A stretch of DNA of 62,623 nucleotides, filler included, from Sphacelaria rigidula (lineage: Eukaryota), in NCBI GenBank assembly GCA_964200075.2. It is 10 parts of 10 records of this genome, joined end to end, with 100 filler letters (N's around TTAATTAATTAA, not from the genome) between each part and the next. Parts side by side here need not be neighbours in the genome. Positions count along the whole stretch, not along the records: positions 12,547 to 18,719 come from CAXNAA020021750.1; positions 18,820 to 24,991 come from CAXNAA020021751.1; positions 25,092 to 31,263 come from CAXNAA020021752.1; 7 more parts are not named here. One strand, written 5' to 3'. The notes below the pieces were generated by a model. It saw only the letters and a list, made by a program, of their open reading frames with translations. It made no database searches and was not told where the DNA came from. This document shows, piece by piece, positions 12,657 through 25,440 of this stretch. Position numbers and translations under genes: made by a program. The stretch's first letter is position 1, and every line of letters begins with the position of its first letter.

Positions 12657-15600
12657 CGATAAATCTTCGAACACGGTCGAGTCCTGGTCGCCGGCAGAAA
12701 GCACGACTTCTCCGTAGAGCTGAAAAACTCCCGTACTTGACTCCTGCGGGGTGTGCCGATCAGACGAAGGCACACGTAAAAAACGAGTGAGTGTCAGTCA
12801 GCACTAACTGCTAGTCGAAAGGAGGGCGCACTACCGTCGGTAATTCAAACGCTGACGAGCGGGTGGCGGTGCTGCACCCACACACGCGGTCATTTGGCTA
12901 CCCCCAAAAATCCCTCCATACGAAAATTGACCCCTCGAGAGGAAGAAAAGGCTCTGGAGGCGTGTAATCCCTCCAGGTATAGGGTCACTCTACCAGCAGC
13001 TGCCGTTTTCACATGAGTAGGGCCATGTACCACACGCTGACCCCCCGCCCCGTAGTATGGGAGCATGGATATTATGATGAATGACGAACCACAACATATC
13101 TCAATTATCCTCACTCGGCATACATGTGGGCTTTTTAGTACAAATAATAGGTGTTGTATAATACTCCTTTTCCGGTGTGGGTTCCGGGTGGGTGGCGTGT
13201 GCTGCTACGGTTGTACTGTATTTTCTCCACGCTCTCGGAAAGAGATTACCTGACACATTGTAAAAAAGTGTACTGCGTACAGTATCGACCATTATTGCGT
13301 CTGTTGCGATAGACTGCATTCCATACTGTATGCATCACATTTTTAATTGACAACGCAATCAATTGTACAGGGTGTGATTTTTTGTATACCTCATCACGTT
13401 CGAAGTTGAGCGGGGTCCCTTCGAAATAGGCTGTGGCGTCGGATGGGATCTCGAAATGCACATTCTTGAATTCCAGAGGACTGCTCTGGTAAAAGTGGGA
13501 TGATTCGAAGATGGCTGCAGTGACCACAGTCACGGCCTGAAAATGCACAAGCAGCGGAAGAGGGTTAAGGGTGCGGGCGGCGGCGGAATGGGGGGGGGGG
13601 CGGGGGGGGAGGCAGGGGAAGGGCATCTTCATAACATTTCAACACCACCTCACTGGCTTACTACCGTTCTTAATAATGATGGGTGTATGTTCGAAAACTT
13701 TCCGTTCTCTCCTTATTATTTCTATTTCCATCGACGAAGGGGGGAAGAGATCAGTCTCACTCTAATCGGTTTGGAGACCACGTTCCACCACGTTCCACAT
13801 CTCCCATCACAGCCTGTAATACCAGCAGCAAATTATTTTTCAAGTAGTACAGTTGTGATATGTGTATTATAGGGGCTGTGTATACCCCAACCTACATGAA
13901 CACACCCTGGACAAAAGCTGCGTTGTCAAAAAGTATACTGCGTTGAGTATCGAATATTTGTCTAATACGATAGACACAATAATAGTCGATACTTTACGCA
14001 ATACACTGTTTGGCGCTGTAAAACAGTCCAGGGTGTGACATCTTCCAAAGCGTACGTTTTCTGGTGCCGTGAACGCAAGCAGCACAACAACGGTTACGGC
14101 AAAGAGGTACTGTTTGTCATATCCTATGCAGCACAACCACACCACACAGCGCAGTGCTCGAGAATCGGAAGATACGAAAATCCGCATAGCACCCACCTCC
14201 GGGGCGCAAAAATACGTCCACCTACCCCATGCAGTAGTTTTTCATCCACCCGCTGTATGTACGTGTCAATGATCTTTCGCCGCGGCAGCTTATAACAGTC
14301 CACTCACGTCGACGCTGATTTGCCGCGTAGAATTAGCGCGGGCGTGTCTCGCTTCTGACTTCGAGCCTCGAAAATTCGATTCCGCCAAACTATTCATACA
14401 GGTTGGGGCCTCGTGCCTTCATGTGTACCTATACATGTCACTGACCGCAACAGACAGGTCTGGACGTCCGATTTTGATTCTTGCGTGATGAACAAGACGT
14501 GGACAGCCCTGGATTTACACCCCTTGATTCCCTTGGGCAAAAACACTTTCATATAGGATCGCACAAGAGCAGACCAGCAGTAAAATTGAAGTGCGAGAAA
14601 GAGCAGCAGTATATCACAACACAGTACAGTACGATGTCGTGGCTACTGACGCGTCCAGCCAGATCCAGCGTCTAAAAAAGTGTGCGTCAACAGGAAGAGT
14701 AGGAATCGTAAATCGCATTTGATCCTGAACTATGAAAGAAAAGCAAGAAGCAAAATTTGACGTGTAAAGATTCATATACTACAACAGTACGTCGTATGAC
14801 GGCCTCGTCCGAAAAGTCTGACAGAACAACGGACAAGATATAGCTTTCACGGGGCTCACACAGGATCGCTTGGAGAGAATGCACCTTGGATCCACACCAC
14901 CGTAGCACTTCTTGTACTGCTCTGTGTAACTAGGGCCAAACTTGTGGCTGCTACGTACGCTTGCTGCGACACTCGTTCTTGTTGGCGATTGTTAGCGACT
15001 GTTGCCGATTGTTGGCTGTGCTTTCATCAAATGATTCAGAACAATACTCGTACTGTCGATTTCCTCGCCTGTTATTCTGTCGTTCTCTATACCGCACGGT
15101 GTACAGCGCATCATCAGCGAAGGTGTGTTTACTGCCGCTTCGCTCTGTTGACGGAGTCAGCACTTTGCACACAGAAAACAGACACAAATACTGAACAACA
15201 AGACAATGTGCGTAGTATCTTGTGCACACAAGCTGTAGGCATCACCGATCCAACTTGACGTGCCCCTCGGTACCACATTCATCACCAATAGACCGCGCTT
15301 TGTGATCAAGTCAAACATACCCACGCACCGTTGAAAGTTTTGGAAACACATGCATGCGAGGCTGGCGGTGTTCGTGCGACCGCCAACTCTCTTTCAGCAC
15401 TCCTGCAGATGCAGAAAATGAACAAAACAACGAGTTATCTATAGAGAAGCTAGGAACCCTCCGCGCTGAAGCACCCTTGGGCAAAGCAGCAGTGCGGTAG
15501 ATGTCGTTTTCCAGACAATATTGTATTACTCCCCGTAATTCACGACACCACCGGTAGGCTGCAAGAAAAAGAGCGACAAGGCGTGTGTCATCACGCAAAA

Positions 15601-16964
15601 AAATTACTACCGCAGGGAAAATAGAGTGTTGACTCCCGACATCGACACAAAATGACGGCTGTGCAAAGCTCACCGTTTCCTCCTTGCAGATTATCGGGGC
15701 TGTAACCAGGACCCTACCACTGATCTCAGAAGGCAGGTCGCCGCAATTGCCCAACACCATGTCGTACGGTGACGTGAACTGCATTTTATATGCACGCACA
15801 GCGCTGAATGCCAGAAGAGGAGAAGCTCCACATAACAACACACGACTTGCTTGACCCAGTCGCATGCTGTGGCTGAATGGTCGGGAAGGGAGTCGCAGGA
15901 GGGCGCCGCTGCGGTCGTCTTTATGGTGAATGGATACGAACGGCCGTAGTATCTGTAGGCCCTGTGGGCAACAAGATTTCTCGCAGTAGCTGTACGTCGT
16001 TGTGGGGGAGTGTGTAGTGTCCTTCGTCGAGAGATCAATGTAGATAGGGGATCGGATGTTGAGGAGGGGGGCGCCGCGAAAGATTTTTTTTTTAATTTAC
16101 CCGGTTGTTGTATCTTTTTGCTCAACCTCTCGTCGCTATTTTTGTACGAAGATAGGGCGGGAAGATGACCTTCGCAAACATATATATCGCGTTGAGAATA
16201 CAACGTACTTGCTTCAAGCTCTGATGTTGTTTTCCTGGGCGACTTGGCTGCGGACCCCCACTGACATTACAATGACGCGTATCATCAGCGCAATAAGACG
16301 GCAAGTGACACAAAAGATCGCCCATTTCCTTGGAAACGGGCAAAAGATATCAGTCTTGACAGGGGAGAAATCACGCAACGCAACAACCGTTATTGAAAAA
16401 ACAGAAATTTCGTTTGCAGAAAAACCACCCATGAATTGATATGTTTCACTCTCGATGGGCTGGACAGCATATCAAGGCGCAGGCAAGCATGGGGGATTGG
16501 GAGTGAGAGTAGTCTACAGCTGCAGAAGCGGCAGATATCAAACGATGGTATTGGCTGAGATCTCATACTATCTTGCTGTGGGATATGATGCAACGGACCA
16601 GCGAAGGAAGGTCGCGTCACTTTGCCCCCGCACCACGCACACAATAGAGGTGAGAGCGTCACTCTGTACATACGTTTAGCCATGACAGCACAACAGCGCG
16701 CAGTATTTGCAGTATGTGCCCTGCTGCCAACAGCAACATCAAGCAAGCTTGCGCACGCTAGCTGCTTCTTCGTCCCATCGGCCCCTAGTTTTTGCGCACT
16801 ACTCTAGATGCATTCACCACACCATCGTGTGTATTCATCAATCTGTAGTCTCGTCTACCGTCGAAGGGTTTCGTTCGCGTAGGGGACGATGTGAACACCC
16901 CCGTCTTGACATGCTCAGCGGCGTCGATTTTGTCGCTTACTGCAACGGCCTCGCCACCGAAATC
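12657..16964 (-). CDS. Partial gene with phase-0 exons 15778-15674, 13536-13390 and 12719-12657 (possibly also 16964-16941). Unknown protein, reminiscent of brown-algal adhesin-like proteins.
   Basis: AG/GT-bounded exons of 105, 147 and 63 nt give FTSPYDMVLGNCGDLPSEISGRVLVTAPIICKEET-AVTVVTAAIFESSHFYQSSPLEFKNVHFEIPSDATAYFEGTPLNFERDE-LYGEVVLSAGDQDSTVFEDLS. The family call is from resemblance only. Confidence 0.55.
13261..13345. repeat. Short palindromic dispersed repeat. Relatives at ~13903-14037, 38228-38342 and 50190-50258.
   Basis: Recurrent core aaaaaagtgtactgcg..agta..gac.attgcgtct...catactgta.gca..acattttt. The 13903 copy has the TIR caccctggac/gtccagggtg. Confidence 0.6.
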
Positions 16965-17112
16965 CTGTCGCTTGATGGATGCAATATCTGAGGAGCATAG
17001 GCTCTAGCTTTCCGAGAGAGTCAAGGTCGAAAACGCATCTTCCCCGCGATAATTACTCTCCGTCACGGGTGGTGCATCCGCCATCTCCTCTTCTTGGCAG
17101 CCTGGCGATGTC

Positions 17113-17327
17113 TGTAATGCGTGAGGGGACCGCGTGCTTAGAGGACCGTATGTATCGGAATTTGAACATCCCTATGGTTAGGGTTAGGGTCAGGATCAGG
17201 GTTAGGGTTATGGTCAGGGGCGTGGTACCTGCAGGGACTGGCCCGATTGGTTTCGAAAAACGTCGATCCTTAGGTGTTTTGAACCACGGCGCGGTCCTCT
17301 AAGCACGTGGTCCTCTCACGCATTACA
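17113..17327. mobile_element. TG...CA TIR non-autonomous element containing degenerate TTAGGG repeats
   Basis: 36-bp TIRs (tgtaatgcgtgag[g/a]ggacc[g/a]cgtgcttagaggaccg) and a 6-bp TSD GATGTC. Internal tract ggttagggttagggtcaggatcagggttagggttatggtcaggg. Confidence 0.85.
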
Positions 17328-18654
17328 GATGTCGACGTATCCCAACAGTAAGTAGTGGGACCCATAATATTTTCGAAGTTGTCGAGATTTGAATGCACAA
17401 AATGCGACCGCAAGCAAGTGGCCATCGATACCTGAGCCCGACCACCGGGGTGCGATCGTACCTTTTTGGCTTCGACTCACACGATGTTCAGGGCACATTT
17501 CAAAGACAAACGTTCGCTTTCCCCCGTCTCTTGCCATGATTCCCTGGCCACGAAGACAGCAGTAGTAGTAGTAATGAATTCGGGTCGCTGACACATGAGA
17601 ACGCTTGCTTCCTGATTCCCAACCAAACATAACAGTATTCCAAAGCCAAAACGGCGATCATCAAGCTACCGATTGTCGAAGACGTAAGGACGTCAGAGTT
17701 GGTAAATAACGAATGAATATGATGATGAGAGTGCCAACGGGCTGCAGGACCAGAGTGCTGATCCAGTGCCTAGTAGTGAAGCGCGAGGCAGGTCCCGGGG
17801 GAGGAGGAGAGTTGACCAGCATCCCTAGAACTACGGACTTTTCCCGAGGAAGGAGGGAGGTTGGGAAAATTACGACGAAAAAACAAAAAATGTGGCAGAA
17901 TTCAATACTTGGTACACCTCATCATCGAAGAAAATTCAAGGGGATGCCACATTTGACGGAGGGGGGCATAGTTTTTCCTTACACTCTGATCCTGAGATAT
18001 TTGCACTCTGGAATGACAAAAAAAAAAATCCGGAACTCGCCATCAACGCGAGCTTTTTTTTAAAGGAAATCTCGGACATTTCTTGGCAATTTCTGATTTC
18101 TTCGAAAAGTGAGAGAGCGGGTTTCTGAACCAGGTCAGGCAAATAGATCGATACAGGACTGACTACAGCTTGCCCCCACGATACAACCTCGGAATATGTT
18201 GCGAGACTTTTTTTTCTTAGGAAGTCGACGGTAAAATCCATCTTCTCCGAAAACGCCATTAAGATATCAACAAGAAAAGTCCCGGAAATGACGCCCCTCT
18301 AAGTTGCTAACAAAAAGCCACATAATTCATCATAGTACCTAGTTACCGAGTAAGCTGCTGGAAGTGCTCAGTGTCGACCATGCTGTATTTCCGAGTAACA
18401 TGACTCGCCTTCTGCTGCCTTGCTGCGTCCTTTTGCTACGAGTTTTTTCGTTTCCCCCCTGGGCGCTGGTGTCGGCCTGCATGCATGTCGTACGCGGGTG
18501 TTGCGTGCAAGTGCAGCAATGAGCAAGACGATCGAGGAGTCGAGAAGCACTTCGGAATAAGCATACATTAGATTGATTTTTATGAAACGGCCATCATCAC
18601 CGTGCGAAGAAGCAGTATACGGGCGGGCATCCCAAACGCAGCACTCAAGTACCA

Positions 18655-18655
18655 C

Positions 18656-18705
<50 letters not shown>

Positions 18706-18719
18706 CGTAAGAGTAGTAG
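18655..18719. repeat. (GTA)n microsatellite at the scaffold end
   Basis: A run of gta units is directly visible. Confidence 0.95.
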
Positions 18720-18819
18720 NNNNNNNNNNNNNNNNNNNNNNNNNNNNNNNNNNNNNNNNNNNNTTAATTAATTAANNNNNNNNNNNNNNNNNNNNNNNNN
18801 NNNNNNNNNNNNNNNNNNN

Positions 18820-21800
18820 AAAACGTACCGAAAACCATCCTCATCAGGCAAAACATTAGCACCTTCAGGTCCACTACTTCCGACGTACAGAAAATCAAAG
18901 TGAACAACTTCACGCGCAGTACCATGCACAGTATCGCCATACGAACGAGGTACAATCGCACCAGCACGGGTGTCTATAAAATGCCAACACTGGCGAACGA
19001 ACTCGCGAATGTGGGAATCCATGTGAGGCCACATACAGTATTCTTTCAAACGAAACAGAGTCGGCGCCACACCACGGCAACCAGCTGATCGCAGGTGAGC
19101 GCACACCATCAAGCGAGTTTGCAGAGCCTTATCATCCGACGGAATCCACAAAACATCACTACTGCCAACACGCACGCGAAACAAATCATCGTCAGCCAAA
19201 GTGGCTTGACCGAAAGTCGTAGGAAAAGGATGAACACCATCGCCGTCTGTTTTGCGCTGCGCGGTACGAATAACATCTAACGAGGGCAGCGAGTCATCGG
19301 CATTACACGGCAACAGAACGAACAGGCATGGTAGGAACCTCCACCAAGCAAGCTTACCCTGGCGTAAACAAACGTGATGATCGTGAGGATCTCCTGAGTC
19401 TCCGACGCCAGAGGCATCTGCCAATACCCGTGTAGCAGGCCCAACTTGCCGAAGCATTGGGCTCCCAGCAACTCCCGCATGTCTTCTTGGCTTGGCATCA
19501 CCCCCGGAGACTGTTCCACTTGCGCGTTCACCGCCTGATAGTCGCTGACCAAACGGAATGTGTCCCTCTTCAGCACCGCCATCGCCGGACTCACCCACAG
19601 AGCCTGGATGTTCCTAACCACTAAACCAAACGCCACCAAAGCTGCGATGCATAAGGCAAGCCACCCGGTCTTCACCAGATCGTACCCGTCTGGGCTTAGC
19701 CTTCATCGCATTTGCCTGTGGCTTGAGGTTTATCCTCATGGGCTCTACGCGCGCTGGCGGATCACCACGCAGCGCACGACGAAATGTATCCACGCGACGA
19801 CCCAAAATATCACGCAGACAACATGCGCCATCGGCGCTCAGGCCCTTCTGCTCGGGCTGCTGCACGCTATCCTCCAGCGCACGTTCTCTTGCACCTCTCT
19901 CCTCCGCTGGGTCCATGAACATGTCCGGTCCCCGATCGACCAAGCGCTCCACCGCTTCATCAGCAGGAGCCTCCTCCTCATTGGCGCTCTGGAATGACCG
20001 TATGGATACGGCCACACGCCTTGCAGCAAGACAGCTGGGATTTTCCACGCCGGGTTGCACCGGCACAGCACGCGGACGTAACTTCTCCAACGCCAGCGAG
20101 TACGAATCAATCCCGAGCTCCTTCATCATCGCCACCCCAAATAGAACAACGTTGTCCCTACCGGGTATGGCGGCGAAAGTAATGGGCTGCAACTCCACAG
20201 CCCCCCACGGCATACGCAAGCTAACAGTAATTGGCACCGTTTCATGTGTAACCGTCACGGGAGCACCCGTGGCCGTCTGTGCCGTTTGCGGTCCGTTTTC
20301 GAACGGAATCTAAAGCTGAGCGCCGCCAGACTGCGAAGATATTTGCTCTAGCAACCCCACACCGATCGACGTGAGCGCGGACCCAGAATCCAGGATAACG
20401 CGGGCCATGAACGAACCTACGGAACCAGGCAAGGAAAGGCCTGTGCGGAAGCATTCAGCCTTGCGATCGACAGGTATCACGTCTGCCGAAGAACCCTGGT
20501 CGGTACCAAGAGCCACCTTACGCCAGGGCTGCGCTCCAGCACTTGACATCGATAACTGAGAATCGTCGGTCCAACCAGACCAAGTCGCTGAATATGCAGA
20601 CGACGCTGTTACAGCCGTCGCAGCAGTAGGAGATGCACCAGACACGGATCCTGCCTGGCCGAGGGGTTGCGAACTATTCGCTCCAGCACTCTTCATCGAA
20701 GTATTTGCGTTTCCCACGTACACTGTCCGCCCCGCTACGGACGAAGCGTAAGATTCAGAGTCACCACCTGATGACGTAGTGGAAGAAACAGCAGCGGAGG
20801 AACCACCATCGGCCGCCGATTGCTTGCTACCGCGGCTGCCGCGCCCGCGTCCCTGATTGGCACGGCCCCGTCGACCGTGACAACCGCCTCGAGATCCTGA
20901 TGAATCTTGCGCATTTCCTTGAGCAGCGCCTTGAGCGCGAGGGTTGGGGCAATCCTTGATCAGGTGTCCGGTGTTGCCGCAGTTGTAACACGCGCGAGTG
21001 GACGACGCTCGCGAAGACGGCTTCTGTTTCTGTTGATGTTGCTGTTTGCGGCGCGCACCACCTGCACTTGTTGCAGAATCGCGCCGGCCGCGTGCTTCAA
21101 TGACCTTTCACTGGTCGGCGGCATCAATCATTTTGTTGACTACCACCGTCGGATTCTATATCCATCCGTCTACACACGTTAGTACACTTCTAACATACGC
21201 CTTGAATTCCGGAGGCGAAATCCCGTCCACCAAAGCTGTGGAAACCGACTTTGGCCAGGCCTGGCAACCAACTCCTGTCCTCCGCACGGTACACGGCTTG
21301 CACCGTGACGTTTATTGCGAAAAACCTTTCCATCGATGAACTGACTATCATCGCACGATCCTTCACGGATTTTCCACCGCTTTGTGGCATAGTAAGAACT
21401 CTACGTAGGTCTGCTGCAGCCCGCGCAGTGTCATGCTTGCCGCCGGTTGTGGTGTATCCAGCATGCTACTTCACAGTATCTAGCAATTCGTCGGGGGTCA
21501 TAGCCCGACCGTCCTTGTACATATCTTCGAAGCACCGTTGAAAATAGGTAGGGATGAGTTATCCGATGCTCACTCTCTCATGCCGTATGACTCCTGTTTC
21601 ATTGGCCAAACATAACCTCTCCATGTAGTCAAGATATTTGGCATGGAAAATTCTTGACGCTTCTTCAGCCACACTTCGCCACACTCTGGTGGCTCTACTA
21701 GCTCACCTAACACCAGCGGCGCTCCCGCCGCCTGAGTCATGTCGACTAGAATTCAACACATCACTGAGAGACTCTTGCCTGACTTGTGTGTCCTCCAGCC

Positions 21801-22190
21801 CACGAAGCGTCCCTCACTGCTGTGCGCTTCAAGTTGGCTTCTCTGTCTGCGGGCTAAAGTGGCTTCCAGCTGCGGCCCACGTTTCTCCTCAGCCAAACTC
21901 GTTTAACAGAGTGCCGGGAGAATATCTAGATATTATAGCCTGTGCCAGATGATCTGGACAAGATGATTTTCAATGAGGGACTTCTCCAGTATTACTGGCC
22001 TCGTGCTCGACAAGTCCTCTCTTCTCACTTGTTATTATCACGGAGTGATCCTCAACAGACCACACCACGAGCCAGCAGCAAGGGGCCACACAGATGAGGG
22101 CCATCAATCCAGGATCCCCTGTCCCCGGCCACTGCTCCAATCACGCATGCGATTATACTGAAACCTACGGCTTGGCATCATGTGGCTACA
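18820..22190 (-). mobile_element. Decayed Ty3/Gypsy LTR retrotransposon: 5' LTR, gag, protease, partial RT and integrase. Truncated by the scaffold edge.
   Basis: The end at 22190 reads TGTAGCC and is shared with the copy at 58462. Motifs in Gypsy order: CCHC knuckle CYNCGNTGHLIKDC (~20950-20990), protease ARVILDSGSALTSI (~20370-20410), RT FRLVSDYQAVNAQVE and KLGLLHGYWQMPLA (~19400-19560), integrase CAH...FVRQCWH...VVHFDFLYVG (18880-19110). Stops and frameshifts are present. Confidence 0.92.
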
Positions 22191-22319
22191 GCTAGAATCC
22201 TCGTGAAAAACAAGGCAGATCTTTCAGAGGAGGCCGAATCTGCCAAGGTCCGTATTCCGCCAAAATCCGCGATAAAAAGCTCAAAAAGGGCCGTTCTCAG
22301 AGAGTCCGTTTTCAGACTA

Positions 22320-22985
22320 CAAGAAACGCGGCCTTATTACAGACGAAAACAAAAATCCGGAAAAGGTAATTCTAAATGGAGCTTCTACGTCGTTTTACAC
22401 CCTAAAAGAGAGCTAGGCGGAGTTCGACACCTCGAAATGACTTACTCTACTCGTTGAGGCGGTTCCAGGACATCTTCCTGTTCTCCGGTGGCCGCAGTTT
22501 TCGTTTTGGCCAAACAAGAATTTTTGTTCAAGAACAGTCAACAACGGTCAAATCTATTCTAGAATGACATTTTTCTCTGGTCTTGATCGTTCTTGTGGAT
22601 GAAAAATAGTTTTTGTTTGGCCAAACCGAAAACTGCGGCCACGGGAAAACAGGAAGATGTCCTGGAACCGCCGCAACGAGTAGAGTGAGCCATTCCGAGG
22701 TGTTAAACTCCGCCTGGCTCTCTTTTAGGCGTGAAACGACGTAGAAGCTCCATTCAAAATACACTTTCCCGGATTTCTGTTTTCGTCCGTTATAAGCAGC
22801 CACATATTTCTATGAGTCAAAAAAGTCTTGTAGAAAAAATTCATTCACCCCTTCTGCGTCGCTTTACGCCGAAAAGAGGGCTAGGCGAATGTTGACTCAT
22901 TGGAATGACTTGCTTTACCCGGTAAGACCATTCCTGGACATTTGTAGTGTTTTCCGATGGCCGCATTTTTTTTTTGCCAAACGTG
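22320..22985. repeat. Foldback structure: ~200-bp inverted arms (22320-22525 / 22605-22810) plus a third, more diverged direct copy (~22845-22985)
   Basis: gcggttccaggacatcttcctgtt and aacaggaagatgtcctggaaccgc are reverse complements, as are gagcttctacgtcgttt and aaacgacgtagaagctc. Confidence 0.85.
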
Positions 22986-24519
22986 CATTTTGATAACACT
23001 AGTGCGCTAACTTCCGCATCATGGACAGCTGAGCGTCCGCTGTACGCTGGCAAACAAACATCGATCTGTACCGGGACATCCTCTGGATGATGGCAATCTG
23101 TACAAAAACAATCAGCGTATATCGCCTACAGAGGTGCTCAGTTCGGGAGGCACGACGGTACGAACAGCCGATTCTCGAAATTTTGGATGGAGCTTTTTGC
23201 TGAGGATAAGAAAGACCCGGAATAGTCCGCGGAAAGTGCCCACATACTTACTTTCGAAAATATTTCTGTAGCTGTGGAGGGCAGTATCGCAACGATTTCG
23301 AAGGGACCTCGACCAAGTTGGTAGTGCACTGGGGGGAGCTGTTTCTCATGGAAGTGATCCCAACCAAGTTGGTAGCGCTCTGGGGGGGGGCGATAATGGT
23401 TTAACATGATCTACTATCCATACAAGACATCCTCTTCCTTACGAAGGTTACTAATGAGCAAAATAGGTGTGTGTCGTACTTCCTCTGCCTCATAAGTCTG
23501 GGCACTCATGGGCGTTTAATCGTTTGGATATTTCAGCGTTGATGATCACCCTATGGTTGGGTTTGTTAGAGAGGTGAAGCGTAGACGAAGCTGAAGAAAA
23601 ACACGAAACAAAAACTCGTTTTCATCACTGGAATTATGTCGAAGTATACCCCCATTTTGACCCTTTTTGATCCCTCTATACCCCATCATTGACCGATTTT
23701 GGACGTTTTCACGTCGAGCACTAGCAATTACATGCTAAAAAAATGTCGACTGGGGTGTGCGTAGCTTGACATCGCGGACATGTCCAAAATCAATGGTGGT
23801 TTCGCGATTTTCACATTTTCTGGCCCATTTTTCGCGATTTTTCGTGTTTCCGGGTCTCTCATGCTTTCCTGGGAGAACCCGCGAAAAATGATCGCTTTTG
23901 AACCGAGCTACTTTTTCTCGGCCGCGCGGCTGCATGGGTCAAGCACCTACGTTGTAGAAAAAAATGTTGGTATTGGCTAAAAAACGCCGACGAATGCAAT
24001 AAAAAGATCGAAAATGAAAAATTACCCCGTTAAGGGCTCGCTACTACTCTTGTTTCCCCTCCTTGTGCAGGAGGCGGTCCGCGTTTCGGCTGCGTAACAA
24101 TGCCCATGCACCTTGAACGTGACTGCCACCGTGCCAGGAATCTCAGGTCTGTTTGCGTGTTGTTACAGTCCTTGCACTCTCATCATATTCCTATTTTGCT
24201 TTCGATGGGAAAGGTGGGCGAATTCCCTTGACAATTCAGCTGAAACGCTGCACAGCTCACACTTTTGTGCCGACGTATACTGATTGAAGATTTTTTTTCC
24301 TTAGGTTCCAAAATACGCGCAGGATTCGGGTCTCAGATGCCGGGCGGACCGCTTGAAGGTTTTGTTATCCATAAGTACTGGTTGGGTTGTTTTTCAGACT
24401 GATACCGCGATAGCCCCCCCAAACCAGCCCCAAAACTGTTGTCATGGAGAAAATGATCAAGCAGCGCATGCTAGCTGGTTTCAGACTACGTGAGGTGCCT
24501 CATACAATCTCTTTCAAGC

Positions 24520-24991
24520 GAATTTGCTTCTCGCAGAAGAAGCACTTCATGCCACTCCTATTACCGCCGTTCCTTCCTTCACTTGTCTGCATGGCAACGC
24601 CGAGACCTGCGACCAAGCAAACGGCGTTCGGGCGGGAAAGGTAGTCGACGAGCGTGGTGCTGACCATAAGTATGTAGCTCTATGTCAAATATCCGCTGAA
24701 TTGAAGTTGCGTCTCTCACAACTGACAACACAAACCCTTCTGTACTCGGCAGGAAGGGCTCGGAGAAGAATACCCTCGAAACGTTCGTCAGGTATCGGCT
24801 GACCCATTTCCTTCATACGGTCGCGGTAGCCGTCCATGATATTGAAAAAATCGTCCGGATCATCTCCGGACTGCGTCGTGGTAGAGTGCATTTTTCGTGG
24901 CACTCCCTCCTGGACTCGTTTGTGTGTTCCCGCCGTATTTTTGTTGCAGCGCTGCCCACGACGCTCGTCCGTTGCCTACCCCAATCCCGTA
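24520..24991 (-). pseudogene. Ty1/Copia gag relic
   Basis: Translates SGDDPDDFFNIMDGYRDRMKEMGQPIPDERFEGILLRALPAEY, a Copia gag LLxxLPxEY-type motif. An internal stop follows, then a truncated knuckle KCFFCEK. Confidence 0.7.
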
Positions 24992-25440
24992 NNNNNNNNN
25001 NNNNNNNNNNNNNNNNNNNNNNNNNNNNNNNNNNNTTAATTAATTAANNNNNNNNNNNNNNNNNNNNNNNNNNNNNNNNNNNNNNNNNNNNAGCAAAAAA
25101 CAACCACAAATAACAAAAAATTCGTACCGCCCCCCCCCCCCCCCGTCCCCCTCCTTTGACCCTTTTCGCGTCAGTATCCCCTCGCGTCATGATGGGAATC
25201 AAAACCCTAGAGCGGACTTAGCTACGAGCAACCGAGGAGCTAGTTCGAGAGTTGTTGTGAGCCGATGAGATCGATGCCATGGGGAGTAATCGAATATAAC
25301 AAAAATACCCATGGTACTGCCATTTCAAGCGATGAAACTGTTTTAGCGGGTTCTTCCTGTCGTTCTTGTCTCATTCATCGCTCTTTATCGGAGCTTTACT
25401 CATTTGTCTCATGTTCATTCGCGCGTTTCAGACACCCCAA

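Noticed and set aside
17175..17222. True telomere or chromosome end
   Set aside because: The tract is short, degenerate and internal to a TIR element with a TSD.
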